18,006 nt of DNA from Candidatus Hadarchaeum sp. (GTDB lineage: Archaea > Hadarchaeota > Hadarchaeia > Hadarchaeales > Hadarchaeaceae): positions 1 to 18,006 of the forward strand of contig NZ_JBMFOX010000025.1 in NCBI RefSeq assembly GCF_049969415.1, written 5' to 3'. Shown here piece after piece: positions 1-8,055 of this stretch. Each line of letters begins with the position of its first letter. The stretch's first letter is position 1. Made by a program: the position numbers and the translations under genes. Under the pieces are notes generated by a model. The model had not been told where the DNA came from. It did no database searches and saw nothing but the letters and a program-made list of their open reading frames with translations.

Positions 1-269
1 GCGTGATGGCGGTTAATCCCGACAGAAATTCCAGAGTAAACTTCCGTGGGGCTCTGGAGCTAATAAAATTTCTCGTTTCAGATCAGGGACAAAATTTGAT
101 TGCACAATTCGGGATAGATGAATATGGGGTGTCTCTCTTCAATCCGGCTGTAAGCATGCTAAAAAACACCTCAGATCCGGTATCGGAATGGATACGTCGC
201 TATGCCTTCATAGATAAAAGCGAATGCCCGACCGAATTCAGATTTGGCCAGGAGGATCTTTACCAATGA
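1..269 (+). CDS. tupA: Tungstate ABC transporter substrate-binding protein, C-terminal part (starts before the window)
   Basis: AVNP...VNFRGALELIKFLVSDQGQNLIAQFGIDEYGVSLF resembles the TupA C-terminus. Its stop overlaps the permease start (ATGA, 266-269). Confidence 0.8.
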   Translation, partial: VMAVNPDRNSRVNFRGALELIKFLVSDQGQNLIAQFGIDEYGVSLFNPAVSMLKNTSDPVSEWIRRYAFIDKSECPTEFRFGQEDLYQ

Positions 270-901
270 GCGAGCAACTTTTGGACATCGTCCTCAGGTC
301 CATTTGGATTTCAGGGACGGCGTTGCTTCTCTCACTAATTTGGAGTTTGCCTATCTCGTTTGCTCTGGGCCTGAAGAGATTCAGAGGAAGAGGAACAATC
401 ATCAGCTTCTTCAACGCCATGTTGGGTGTGCCAACGGTGGCCCTCGGTCTTTTTCTTTATCTGATATTCTCGCGCCGTGGTGCTCTAGGCATCCTCGGTA
501 TTCTCTACACCCCCACAGCAATCATCATTGGGCAAGCGGTGCTGATAACACCAATTCTTGTCAGCCTGCTCACCAATGCTATTGAATCTGTAGAACCAAA
601 AATTAGGGACTTAGCCAGAACGCTGGGGGCTTCGGAATGCCAAGCTTCGCTTGCTGTCTTGAAAGAAGCGAGAAAAGGAGGCATTCTTGCTGGCATTTCC
701 GCGTTTAATCGAGCCATCGCTGAACTGGGCATCGCATTAATGCTGGGTGGTAACATCCAAGGACTCACTCGCGTGATGACGACCCAAATTGCGCTGGGCG
801 TGAATCGCGGTGAACTAATGCTCTCAATCGAAGCCACGGCGGTGCTCCTGATAATCGTCTTCTCCCTGACCCTCATCGCTAATCGCTTTCGGGGTGATTA
901 G
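266..901 (+). CDS. tupB: Tungstate ABC transporter permease
   Basis: Hydrophobic protein with PTVALGL, LYTPTAIIIGQ, EAA-like LARTLGAS and AELGIALMLGGNI..TRVMTT motifs. Start placed at ATG 266 (GGAGG at 251-255, ATGA overlap with tupA) rather than 224. Confidence 0.88.
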   Translation: MSEQLLDIVLRSIWISGTALLLSLIWSLPISFALGLKRFRGRGTIISFFNAMLGVPTVALGLFLYLIFSRRGALGILGILYTPTAIIIGQAVLITPILVSLLTNAIESVEPKIRDLARTLGASECQASLAVLKEARKGGILAGISAFNRAIAELGIALMLGGNIQGLTRVMTTQIALGVNRGELMLSIEATAVLLIIVFSLTLIANRFRGD

Positions 902-1621
902 TTGGACGTCCACGTAAAACTGGAAAGGGTAACCCGGAAATACGATGGCATCACGGCACTTCGCGAGGTGACTTTGGAGGTCAAAAATGGCGAAATCCTG
1001 ACGATAATTGGTCCTAACGGTGCCGGCAAAACAACGCTGCTGAGGGTCTTAGCCCTGCTGGACGAACCATCATCGGGAAAAGTTGTCTATCGAGGGCAAG
1101 CTGTAGGTGGCTCAAACATTTCCCAACTCAGAAAAAAGGTAACTATGGTCTTCCAGCGTGCCGTGCTACTAAACGAAACTGTTTTTGAAAACGTCGCTTA
1201 CGGGTTGAAGCTGAGGGGTCTAAACAATGATGAAATTACTGAGAGGGTCAACGATGCTCTCAGCTCGGTGATGTTGAAGGGTTTCGGTCCCCGGATGGCA
1301 AAAAAACTTTCTGGCGGGGAGCAGCAGCGGGTAGTCCTAGCCAGAGCCCTAGCCCTGAATCCAGAATTACTTCTATTAGACGAGCCTACTGCCAACCTAG
1401 ATCCAACCAACGCCGCCATCGTGGAAAGAATCATCGGGGGACTTCGGGGGAGAACCACGATTGTACTCGCCACCCACAATATCTTCCAGGCGAAGAGGAT
1501 ATCAGATCGGGTCGGCTGCCTGCTTGGGGGCGAGGTTATTGACGTCGACAAGCCAAAGAATATCTTCACCAAACCAAAAAACGAAATAATCAGAAAGTTC
1601 GTCCGTGGTGAGTTTTTCTAA
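902..1621 (+). CDS. tupC: Tungstate ABC transporter ATP-binding protein
   Basis: Walker A GPNGAGKT, signature LSGGEQQR, Walker B LLLLDEP, H-loop ATH. TTG start directly after the tupB TAG, with GGTGA upstream. Confidence 0.85.
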   Translation: MDVHVKLERVTRKYDGITALREVTLEVKNGEILTIIGPNGAGKTTLLRVLALLDEPSSGKVVYRGQAVGGSNISQLRKKVTMVFQRAVLLNETVFENVAYGLKLRGLNNDEITERVNDALSSVMLKGFGPRMAKKLSGGEQQRVVLARALALNPELLLLDEPTANLDPTNAAIVERIIGGLRGRTTIVLATHNIFQAKRISDRVGCLLGGEVIDVDKPKNIFTKPKNEIIRKFVRGEFF

Positions 1622-1635
1622 ATCGGTCCTCAACC

Positions 1636-1641
1636 TTTTAA
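1636..1641 (+). promoter_or_regulatory. Putative TATA box for the Lrp/AsnC-domain gene
   Basis: TTTTAA about 34 nt upstream of ATG 1675. Confidence 0.4.
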
Positions 1642-1674
1642 CCTGAAAAACGAAAGCTAAATTCAGGGCGCATT

Positions 1675-1902
1675 ATGCAGGCGTTGGTTTATATAAGGAC
1701 CGATCCCGGCAAAGCGCTAAAGTTGCTTGATGCCGTCAAGAAGGTTCAAGGGGTCCACGTGGCTTTTGCAACTACCGGAAGGTTCGACATCGTGGCCAGA
1801 ATTGAGGCTACGGATTTGAAGGCACTGGGCGAAACCATCGTCAGCAAAATTCAGTCCTTACCCGGAGTAAGATATACTGAAACTTCACTAATTGTGGCCT
1901 GA
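1675..1902 (+). CDS. Stand-alone Lrp/AsnC ligand-binding (RAM) domain protein, no HTH
   Basis: 75 aa with ALVYIRT.PGK, TTGRFDIVARIEA.DL and LPGVRYTETSL patterns typical of the AsnC C-terminal domain. Confidence 0.85.
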   Translation: MQALVYIRTDPGKALKLLDAVKKVQGVHVAFATTGRFDIVARIEATDLKALGETIVSKIQSLPGVRYTETSLIVA

Positions 1903-1981
1903 TCTATAAAGGATGAGGATAACGATGGCTGAACCGCGAACCAGAATTAGTTATCTTCCGATAAATTATCAAGGTAAGTAA

Positions 1982-2833
1982 ATGGCAGAAATAGTATTTC
2001 TTGGCTCCGGCGGCGGAAGATTCCAGATGGTCGGTCAGTATTTCAAAACAGGTGGATTCAGGATTCACACCGGGGTAAACGTTCATGTTGATCCCGGACC
2101 GGGTGCTCTTCTGCTTACGCATCAGTATGGATTGAATCCCTTGGAACTCGACGGCATAGTCGTCACACACTCCCACCCAGATCATTACACCGATGCCGAA
2201 GTACTCATCGAAGCCATGACGAAGCACTCGACCAAAAAGAGGGGCGCCTTGGTCTGCAGCGAGAGCGTCATCAATGGCGTTGGCGACTATGGGCCTGCGG
2301 TGTCAAAATACCATCAACGTAAGCCCGAAAAACTGGCCATCCTTAATCCCGGGGAAAAATTTCGTCTGAACAATTTGGAGATGGAAGCGGTGAAGGCGAA
2401 ACACAGCGATCCTACGACTTTCGGACTCATCTTACGCACGGATGAGGGGACTATTGGCTACACCAGCGACACGCAATATTTTGAGGGAATCGCCAAATAT
2501 TATGAAGGAGTGAGAATCCTCATCGCCAACGTTACACGACCGCTATCGATGAGGATACCTTGGCACCTTTGTTCCGATGATCTGATAAAAATGCTAACGG
2601 AAATTAAGCCCGAACTTGTCGTGATGATCCACATGGGCATGATGTTCTTGAAACACGAACCAAAAATGGAGGCAGCAAGGATAACTTCTGAAACTAACGT
2701 AGAGACGATTCCCGGGCAGGTTGGATTACGTGTAAATATGGGAAAGGAAATCAAAATAAATCGTCCGATACGACAACCCGTCTTAGAAGAGTTTGCCCGG
2801 CTCAAGTTGGAAATTTTTTCCGGGGCCGAATAA
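1982..2833 (+). CDS. Metallo-beta-lactamase-fold hydrolase (archaeal family)
   Basis: FLGSGGGR N-terminus, VDPGPG, HxHxDH motif (THSHPDH), KHSD, YTSDT and a C-terminal IHMG. Confidence 0.88.
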   Translation: MAEIVFLGSGGGRFQMVGQYFKTGGFRIHTGVNVHVDPGPGALLLTHQYGLNPLELDGIVVTHSHPDHYTDAEVLIEAMTKHSTKKRGALVCSESVINGVGDYGPAVSKYHQRKPEKLAILNPGEKFRLNNLEMEAVKAKHSDPTTFGLILRTDEGTIGYTSDTQYFEGIAKYYEGVRILIANVTRPLSMRIPWHLCSDDLIKMLTEIKPELVVMIHMGMMFLKHEPKMEAARITSETNVETIPGQVGLRVNMGKEIKINRPIRQPVLEEFARLKLEIFSGAE

Positions 2834-2874
2834 CAGGACGAATAGGCGAACCCTACAAAACTAAACCCAAAATC

Positions 2875-2883
2875 TTTTATAAA
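2875..2883 (+). promoter_or_regulatory. Putative TATA box for the aminotransferase gene
   Basis: TTTTATAAA preceded by an A-rich BRE-like stretch. The spacing fits a start at ATG 2911. Confidence 0.55.
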
Positions 2884-2910
2884 CCACGCAAAATGGTAAA
2901 TGGTGGATAT

Positions 2911-4245
2911 ATGTCGGGACTAAAACTTGAGAAATCCCGCAAGTTATCTGAAAAATCTAAAAGAGTTCAAGCCGGCGGAACCGGCAGCACCCAACGGTTA
3001 AAAGTGATAACTGTTGACGGCACCACGATTTATATGGACCACGGCAAAGGTTCCAAGATTTATGACGTCGATGGTAATGAATACATCGATTACTATCTGG
3101 ACTACGGGCCGCTGATAAACGGCCATGCCCACCCAGCTATTGTCAAGGCCATCAAAGAGCAGATTGAAAAGGGCACCATGTACGGAATAAATAACGAGCT
3201 TGAACTTACTCTCTGCGAGAAGCTTATCAAACACGTGCCCTGCGCGGAAATGGTCGGATTTCACAGCTCGGGCTCCGAAGCGGTACACACGGCAATCAGG
3301 CTGGCCCGAGCCTACACGGGTAAAACAAAGATCATAAAGTTCGAGGGACACTACCACGGTTGGTTCGATGATGTTAACATTTCCGCCTTCAGCCCGCCAA
3401 AGGGTCCTGAGGAATCCCCAGAACCTGTGCTCGCTGCACCGCTCTGCCAACCAAAAAGCGTTTTACAGAATATCATCGTCTTGCCTTGGAACAATGAGGA
3501 GGTTCTGGAAAAAACACTCAAAAAGCAAGGAAAGGAAATCGCGGGCGTTATCATGGAACCAATTGAGTTGGGTCATGGGATCCTTCCCAGAGAGGGATAT
3601 ATGAAAGCGGTGAGGGAGCTGACGGAAAGGTACAATGTCGTGTTGATTTTTGATGAGGTGAAGACTTTATTCCGTGTAGGCTTAGGTGGTGCCCAAGAAT
3701 ACTTTAAAGTGACCCCGGACCTCTTCGTTTGCTCAAAGGCCATGGGAGGAGGACTACCGATCAGCGCCTACGGCGGAAAAAGGGAAATAGTCGAGCTGAT
3801 CTCACAAGGCAAGGTACCCGCCATGGGAACCTACAACGCCAACCCGCTCTCTCTATCTGGAGCCATAGCCAACATAGAGGTTCTAGAAAAGAACGGTGGT
3901 GAAGCCTACAAACGCATGTACCGGATTGGAGAAAAGCTGATGAAAGGGATTAGGGAAATATTCGAGGACCTGAATGTGAAAGCAATTGTGAAGGGTCTGC
4001 CCTGCCAGTTCGTCACCTGCTTTACAGAAATGTCAGCGGAGGAAATTAACAACTATCGGGCTTGGTCGAAGGCGATGAAATCGGCGCCGGAAAGGGGCGA
4101 AAAATTCCGGGTTGAGCTGCTCAAAAATGGAATCTTCAGCAGCTATCCCGACTGGCACCTATCCACCGTCCACAGCGACGAGGATGTAGAAAAAACATTA
4201 AAGGCGGTCGAAGAGTCGCTGAAAACTGCTGGTCTAAACGAGTAA
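2911..4245 (+). CDS. PLP-dependent class III aminotransferase, GSA-aminomutase (HemL)-like, substrate uncertain
   Basis: DVDGNEYID, SGSEA, KFEGHYHG, LIFDEV, PLP lysine in SKAMGGGLP, GTYNANP. Start 2911 chosen from the GGTGGA RBS and TATA spacing (alternative 2893). Confidence 0.85.
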   Translation: MSGLKLEKSRKLSEKSKRVQAGGTGSTQRLKVITVDGTTIYMDHGKGSKIYDVDGNEYIDYYLDYGPLINGHAHPAIVKAIKEQIEKGTMYGINNELELTLCEKLIKHVPCAEMVGFHSSGSEAVHTAIRLARAYTGKTKIIKFEGHYHGWFDDVNISAFSPPKGPEESPEPVLAAPLCQPKSVLQNIIVLPWNNEEVLEKTLKKQGKEIAGVIMEPIELGHGILPREGYMKAVRELTERYNVVLIFDEVKTLFRVGLGGAQEYFKVTPDLFVCSKAMGGGLPISAYGGKREIVELISQGKVPAMGTYNANPLSLSGAIANIEVLEKNGGEAYKRMYRIGEKLMKGIREIFEDLNVKAIVKGLPCQFVTCFTEMSAEEINNYRAWSKAMKSAPERGEKFRVELLKNGIFSSYPDWHLSTVHSDEDVEKTLKAVEESLKTAGLNE

Positions 4246-4250
4246 CCATT

Positions 4251-4299
4251 AAAAAAAGACAGACCGGGGACCTTATTTTAGCTAGCTCCCCGGCTGTCT
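4251..4299 (-). terminator. GC-rich hairpin followed by a T7 tract on the minus strand
   Basis: AGACAGACCGGGGA (4257-4270) pairs with TCCCCGGCTGTCT (4287-4299) with one bulge. A7 at 4251-4257 reads as T7 after the stem on the minus strand. Confidence 0.5.
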
Positions 4300-4369
4300 G
4301 GGCAAAGTCTCCAATGACCTAAAAAATATGGATAGAGGTAAAAAGCAGCCCAAGAAAGGTGAGCTATAA

Positions 4370-4389
4370 CAGTTGTTTTATATCAACTG
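4370..4389. promoter_or_regulatory. Inverted repeat CAGTTG-N8-CAACTG enclosing a TATA-like core
   Basis: Perfect 6-bp arms around TTTTATAT, about 50 nt upstream of the valS ATG. Confidence 0.5.
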
Positions 4390-4437
4390 GTTGAAAAAGT
4401 GTTGAAGGAATACCGCAGATAAAAGGAGAGGAGATCG

Positions 4438-7128
4438 ATGGAAATACCTAAAGACTACGACCCGCTGAGCGTCGAGCCAAAATGGCAAAAATACTGGGAA
4501 AGATTAGGGATCCACCGCTTCAGGCGCGATGACTATCAAAGTCCTACTTATGTCATCGATACACCGCCGCCGTATCCCAGCGGGGAATTCCACATGGGCA
4601 CGGCGCTGAACTGGACCTATTTCGACATCGTAGCCAGATACAAACGCATGCGCGGCTTTAATGTACTTTTTCCCCAAGGTTGGGACTGTCACGGCCTGCC
4701 CACCGAGGTTCAGGTAGAAAAAAAGTACGGCATCAGAAAGGGCGATCTCCCTCCGGACAAGTTTCGAGAACTTTGCGTAAAGCTGACCACCGAGAACATC
4801 GCCCACATGAAGGAGGAGATGAACTCCTTCGGCTTTTCCATCGACTGGTCCACCGAGTACCGGACCATGGACCCCAGCTATTACGGCAAGACCCAGCTTT
4901 CCTTTGTTCAACTTTACAAAAAGGGGCTTATCTACCGCGGTGAACATCCAGTCAACTGGTGCCCGAGATGTGAAACGGCCATCGCCGACGCCGAGGTTGA
5001 ATATCAGGAGAAAATGACCACCCTTTACTATATCAAGTTCAAGATGGCTGACAACAAAGAAACTTTGCTTATCGCCACCACCAGGCCCGAGTATCTGCCT
5101 GCCTGCGTGGCCGTGGCCGTTCATCCCGAAGACCAAAGATATCGAGAATATGTTGGGAAAAAGCTAGAGGTTCCACCACTCGGACGCTCGGTAGAAATAA
5201 TAGAAGATGGGGAGGTCGATCCCAACTTCGGCACTGGAGTGGTGATGATCTGCACCTTCGGAGACAAGACCGACGTGAGATGGGTGAAACGTTACAAGCT
5301 ACCCGTTATCAACCTCATCGATGAGAAAGGCAGGATGACCGATTCTGCTGGAAAATACTCAGGAATAACAATAGATGAGGCCCGGCGATCGATTGTCGAG
5401 GATCTGCGCGCGGCAAGGTTGATAGAAAAAATGGTAGATTTTCCACATACGGTTGGCTCCTGCTGGCGCTGCAAGACCCCGGTGGAAATTCTGAACAAGC
5501 CTCAGTGGTTCATGAACGTCCTCTCCCTTAACGAACGTGCCATCGAAGAGGCGAAGAAAATCCGCTGGATTCCGGAATACATGATCACCAGATTCATCGA
5601 CTGGGTAAAATCAATGGACTGGGACTGGGTTATTTCACGGCAACGGATCTTCGCGACCCCGATTCCGGCTTGGTACTGCACCAGTTGCAAACAGCCAATC
5701 GTGGCGGATGAAAATCAATTGCCGGTGAATCCGGCTAAAGATCCCCCGCCCGTAAAAAGTTGTCCTAACTGCGGCAACCCAAAATTTGAACCAGAACGGG
5801 ATGTCCTCGACACATGGATGGACAGCTCGATAACAATTGCTGTCCACGCTGGCTGGCCTGATCTAAATCCAAGGCTTTTCCCAGCCGACCTCCAGCCTAA
5901 CGGTACCGATATCATCAGGACCTGGGACTACTATCTGATGGTCCGTCACCTAGCCCTTCTTGACCGGGCTCCCTACAGAGCTGTGCTAATCAACGGAATG
6001 GTGCTCGGCTCGGATGGCAGGGCGATGCACAAGTCGCTCGGTAACTATGTGGATAGCAGCACGGCCCGCGATAAATATGGGGCTGACGCCTTGCGGCAGT
6101 GGGCGGCAATCGGAGCCTCCACAGGCGCCGACATTCCATTCAGCTGGAAGGACGTGGAGTTCGGCTATCGGTTCCTGAGAAAGTTCTGGAACGCAATTAG
6201 ATTCGCCAGCCCCCATCTGAAGCCGGAAATTTTCCAAAGGAACAAGGACGAGATCAAAATGCGTCCGGTCGATCGCTGGCTGCTAAGCCGGCTGAACAGG
6301 CTGATTAAAAACGTCACCGGATGGCTCGAGGACTTCCAGTTCAACCGGGCGCTTAGCGAGATCCACAACTTCGTCTGGCACGAACTCTGCGACATGTACA
6401 TCGAGGAAGTAAAGCACAGGCTCTACGGAAACGATCAAACATCGGAAGGGGCTGCGTTCACCCTCTGCCACGTCATGCTGACTGCGACGAAGCTACTCGC
6501 TCCGTTCGTCCCTCACTTTGCCGAAGAGGTCTACCAAACCTTTTTCACCAGCTTTGAGAAGCAACCCAGCATCCACACCACCAAATGGCCTGAACCGGAC
6601 GAATCCGCCATAGACGAATCGGCGGAAAGGCTCGGAGAAATCGTCAACAGTGTGGTCAGCGCCCTAAGGCAGTTTAAATCAACCAGAAAAATGCCGCTCA
6701 ACACCGAGCTACCCGAACTTATAATTTACACCCCCGTCCCAGAGCTGGCCAAAAATCTGGAGATAATTGCCGACGACATCGCGGGAACGATGCAGGTGAG
6801 AGAGATTAAGATAACATCAGAAAAACCAGAACTTGAGGAGCGCCTGATCTGTGTGGAGCCCAACTTCGCCAAACTGGGATCTCGGCTACGCGGCGATTTA
6901 AAGGCCGTCGTCGAGTCCCTGCAAAAGGCCAAGCCAGAAGAGCTAGCCAGCCAGCTAAAGAAGGGCAAAATCACCGTAAAAACGACTGGCCGGGAGATTG
7001 AGCTCAGCATTGATGAACTGAAAATAACTAGGGAAACGGTAAGAAAGGGTCACCGGGTGGAAGTCATTGACCTAACTGAACCAGCGCTGACACTTCTGGT
7101 GCCGCTAGGTATGTGGGAAAAAAATTGA
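4438..7128 (+). CDS. valS: Valyl-tRNA synthetase (archaeal type)
   Basis: DTPPPYPSG.HMG, GWDCHGLPTE, WCPRCETAIADAEVEY, ATTRPE, GTGVVMICTFGD, DWVISRQR and a KMSKS-like AMHKS. GAGGAG RBS. Confidence 0.96.
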   Translation: MEIPKDYDPLSVEPKWQKYWERLGIHRFRRDDYQSPTYVIDTPPPYPSGEFHMGTALNWTYFDIVARYKRMRGFNVLFPQGWDCHGLPTEVQVEKKYGIRKGDLPPDKFRELCVKLTTENIAHMKEEMNSFGFSIDWSTEYRTMDPSYYGKTQLSFVQLYKKGLIYRGEHPVNWCPRCETAIADAEVEYQEKMTTLYYIKFKMADNKETLLIATTRPEYLPACVAVAVHPEDQRYREYVGKKLEVPPLGRSVEIIEDGEVDPNFGTGVVMICTFGDKTDVRWVKRYKLPVINLIDEKGRMTDSAGKYSGITIDEARRSIVEDLRAARLIEKMVDFPHTVGSCWRCKTPVEILNKPQWFMNVLSLNERAIEEAKKIRWIPEYMITRFIDWVKSMDWDWVISRQRIFATPIPAWYCTSCKQPIVADENQLPVNPAKDPPPVKSCPNCGNPKFEPERDVLDTWMDSSITIAVHAGWPDLNPRLFPADLQPNGTDIIRTWDYYLMVRHLALLDRAPYRAVLINGMVLGSDGRAMHKSLGNYVDSSTARDKYGADALRQWAAIGASTGADIPFSWKDVEFGYRFLRKFWNAIRFASPHLKPEIFQRNKDEIKMRPVDRWLLSRLNRLIKNVTGWLEDFQFNRALSEIHNFVWHELCDMYIEEVKHRLYGNDQTSEGAAFTLCHVMLTATKLLAPFVPHFAEEVYQTFFTSFEKQPSIHTTKWPEPDESAIDESAERLGEIVNSVVSALRQFKSTRKMPLNTELPELIIYTPVPELAKNLEIIADDIAGTMQVREIKITSEKPELEERLICVEPNFAKLGSRLRGDLKAVVESLQKAKPEELASQLKKGKITVKTTGREIELSIDELKITRETVRKGHRVEVIDLTEPALTLLVPLGMWEKN

Positions 7129-7302
7129 GGTAACGATGACAAAAATCAACAGGATGACGAAGATCAGTAGCATTATCATCCTAGACCTTTTCATGCTCTT
7201 CTGCTGCCGGTTCAAAATCTCCTCACAGGAAAGAGAACAGACCGTCTTGTCCGGGTCGGTCGGCTTCCCGCAGACCACGCAGTGCCTGTGATCCTCCACC
7301 AT
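7105..7302 (-). CDS. DUF2116-family Zn-ribbon membrane protein
   Basis: HRHCVVCGKP...CSLSC followed by a C-terminal transmembrane helix. ATG 7302 has an AGGTGA RBS and lies downstream of pyrH. Confidence 0.85.
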   Translation of the reverse strand: MVEDHRHCVVCGKPTDPDKTVCSLSCEEILNRQQKSMKRSRMIMLLIFVILLIFVIVTSIFFPHT

Positions 7303-7306
7303 TAGC

Positions 7307-7987
7307 TCACCTAGCAATTAAAGTCCCGGTATGCTTGGCACCATTTAAGATTTCCGGTAACCGGGGTATCTCGTGTTTGCCTAGGACAATTGTCTTGATG
7401 TTACTCCTCTGGATGATCTTCACCGCTACCGGATCCATGATTGTTTTCATCCCGGGCTTGAACTCGGTCCCTACTAGCTTCGCCAGCTCATCGGGAGTAA
7501 TCCGATCCAGCTTCTTGGCGTTGGGGTCCAGCTTGGGGTCCGCGGTATAAACACCATCTACATTCGTGAAGAAAATCAAGAGCTCCGATTTACTGACCTG
7601 AGCGAGCATCGCCGCCACCGCGTCTGTGGTCTGACCCGGTGTTGTCCCGCCCATGATCGGAACTTTGCCCCTGAGCATTGCCCGGACCGCCTTCTCGAAG
7701 ACGGTGGCTGGCGTCGGATCAGCGATGTCTCCCAGCGCCGCAATCAGCAGCTGGGCGTTCAACCTCGTGGCAGCTATCCCGATCTGATCCTGGTCCACGC
7801 CGGGAATGCCGAGCTCTCGCGCCGCATTTATGTACACCCGGGCCAACTCCCCCCCTCCAACCACGATTAAAACTTCATGGTTGCGGGACTTTAGCTCACG
7901 GACGGTCCTAACGATGTCCCGGATGCAGTCGAGATCGGGATTGCCGGGAACTAAGATTGAGCCACCGAAGCAGATCGTTATTCTCAT
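7307..7987 (-). CDS. pyrH: UMP kinase (archaeal)
   Basis: FGGS, VVGGGELAR.YI, DQIGIAATRLNA, GGTTPGQTTDAVAA, TNVDGVYTADPK. Start at ATG 7987 with a GGAGG RBS (alternative 7999). Confidence 0.93.
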   Translation of the reverse strand: MRITICFGGSILVPGNPDLDCIRDIVRTVRELKSRNHEVLIVVGGGELARVYINAARELGIPGVDQDQIGIAATRLNAQLLIAALGDIADPTPATVFEKAVRAMLRGKVPIMGGTTPGQTTDAVAAMLAQVSKSELLIFFTNVDGVYTADPKLDPNAKKLDRITPDELAKLVGTEFKPGMKTIMDPVAVKIIQRSNIKTIVLGKHEIPRLPEILNGAKHTGTLIAR

Positions 7988-7999
7988 AGGACCCTCCAT

Positions 8000-8045
8000 T
8001 ATTTTTTACCTCATACTATTAATGCTCGCGGTTAAAAATTATCCG
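8000..8045. promoter_or_regulatory. Divergent pyrH/prf1 promoter region
   Basis: AT-rich spacer with TATTAAT (8017-8023) and TTAAAAA (8032-8038). Which box serves which gene is uncertain. Confidence 0.4.
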
Positions 8046-8055
8046 GGCGAGGCAA

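Noticed and set aside
1675-1902. Lrp gene as a truncated pseudogene
   Set aside because: HTH-less Lrp/AsnC proteins are common in archaea, and this ORF is intact with its own promoter.
1911-1961. Possible C/D-box sRNA (ATGAGGA...CTGA...CCGA) and nearby GATAA/TTATC palindromes
   Set aside because: The C box is imperfect, there is no clear C' box or terminal stem, and the short AT-rich palindromes are expected by chance.
4328-4369. Mini-ORF MDRGKKQPKKGEL upstream of valS as a leader peptide
   Set aside because: It has no Val codons and no RBS, and it lies upstream of the likely TATA box.
4504-7010. Several minus-strand ORFs (up to 210 aa) inside valS
   Set aside because: These are shadow frames of a conserved, GC-rich gene.
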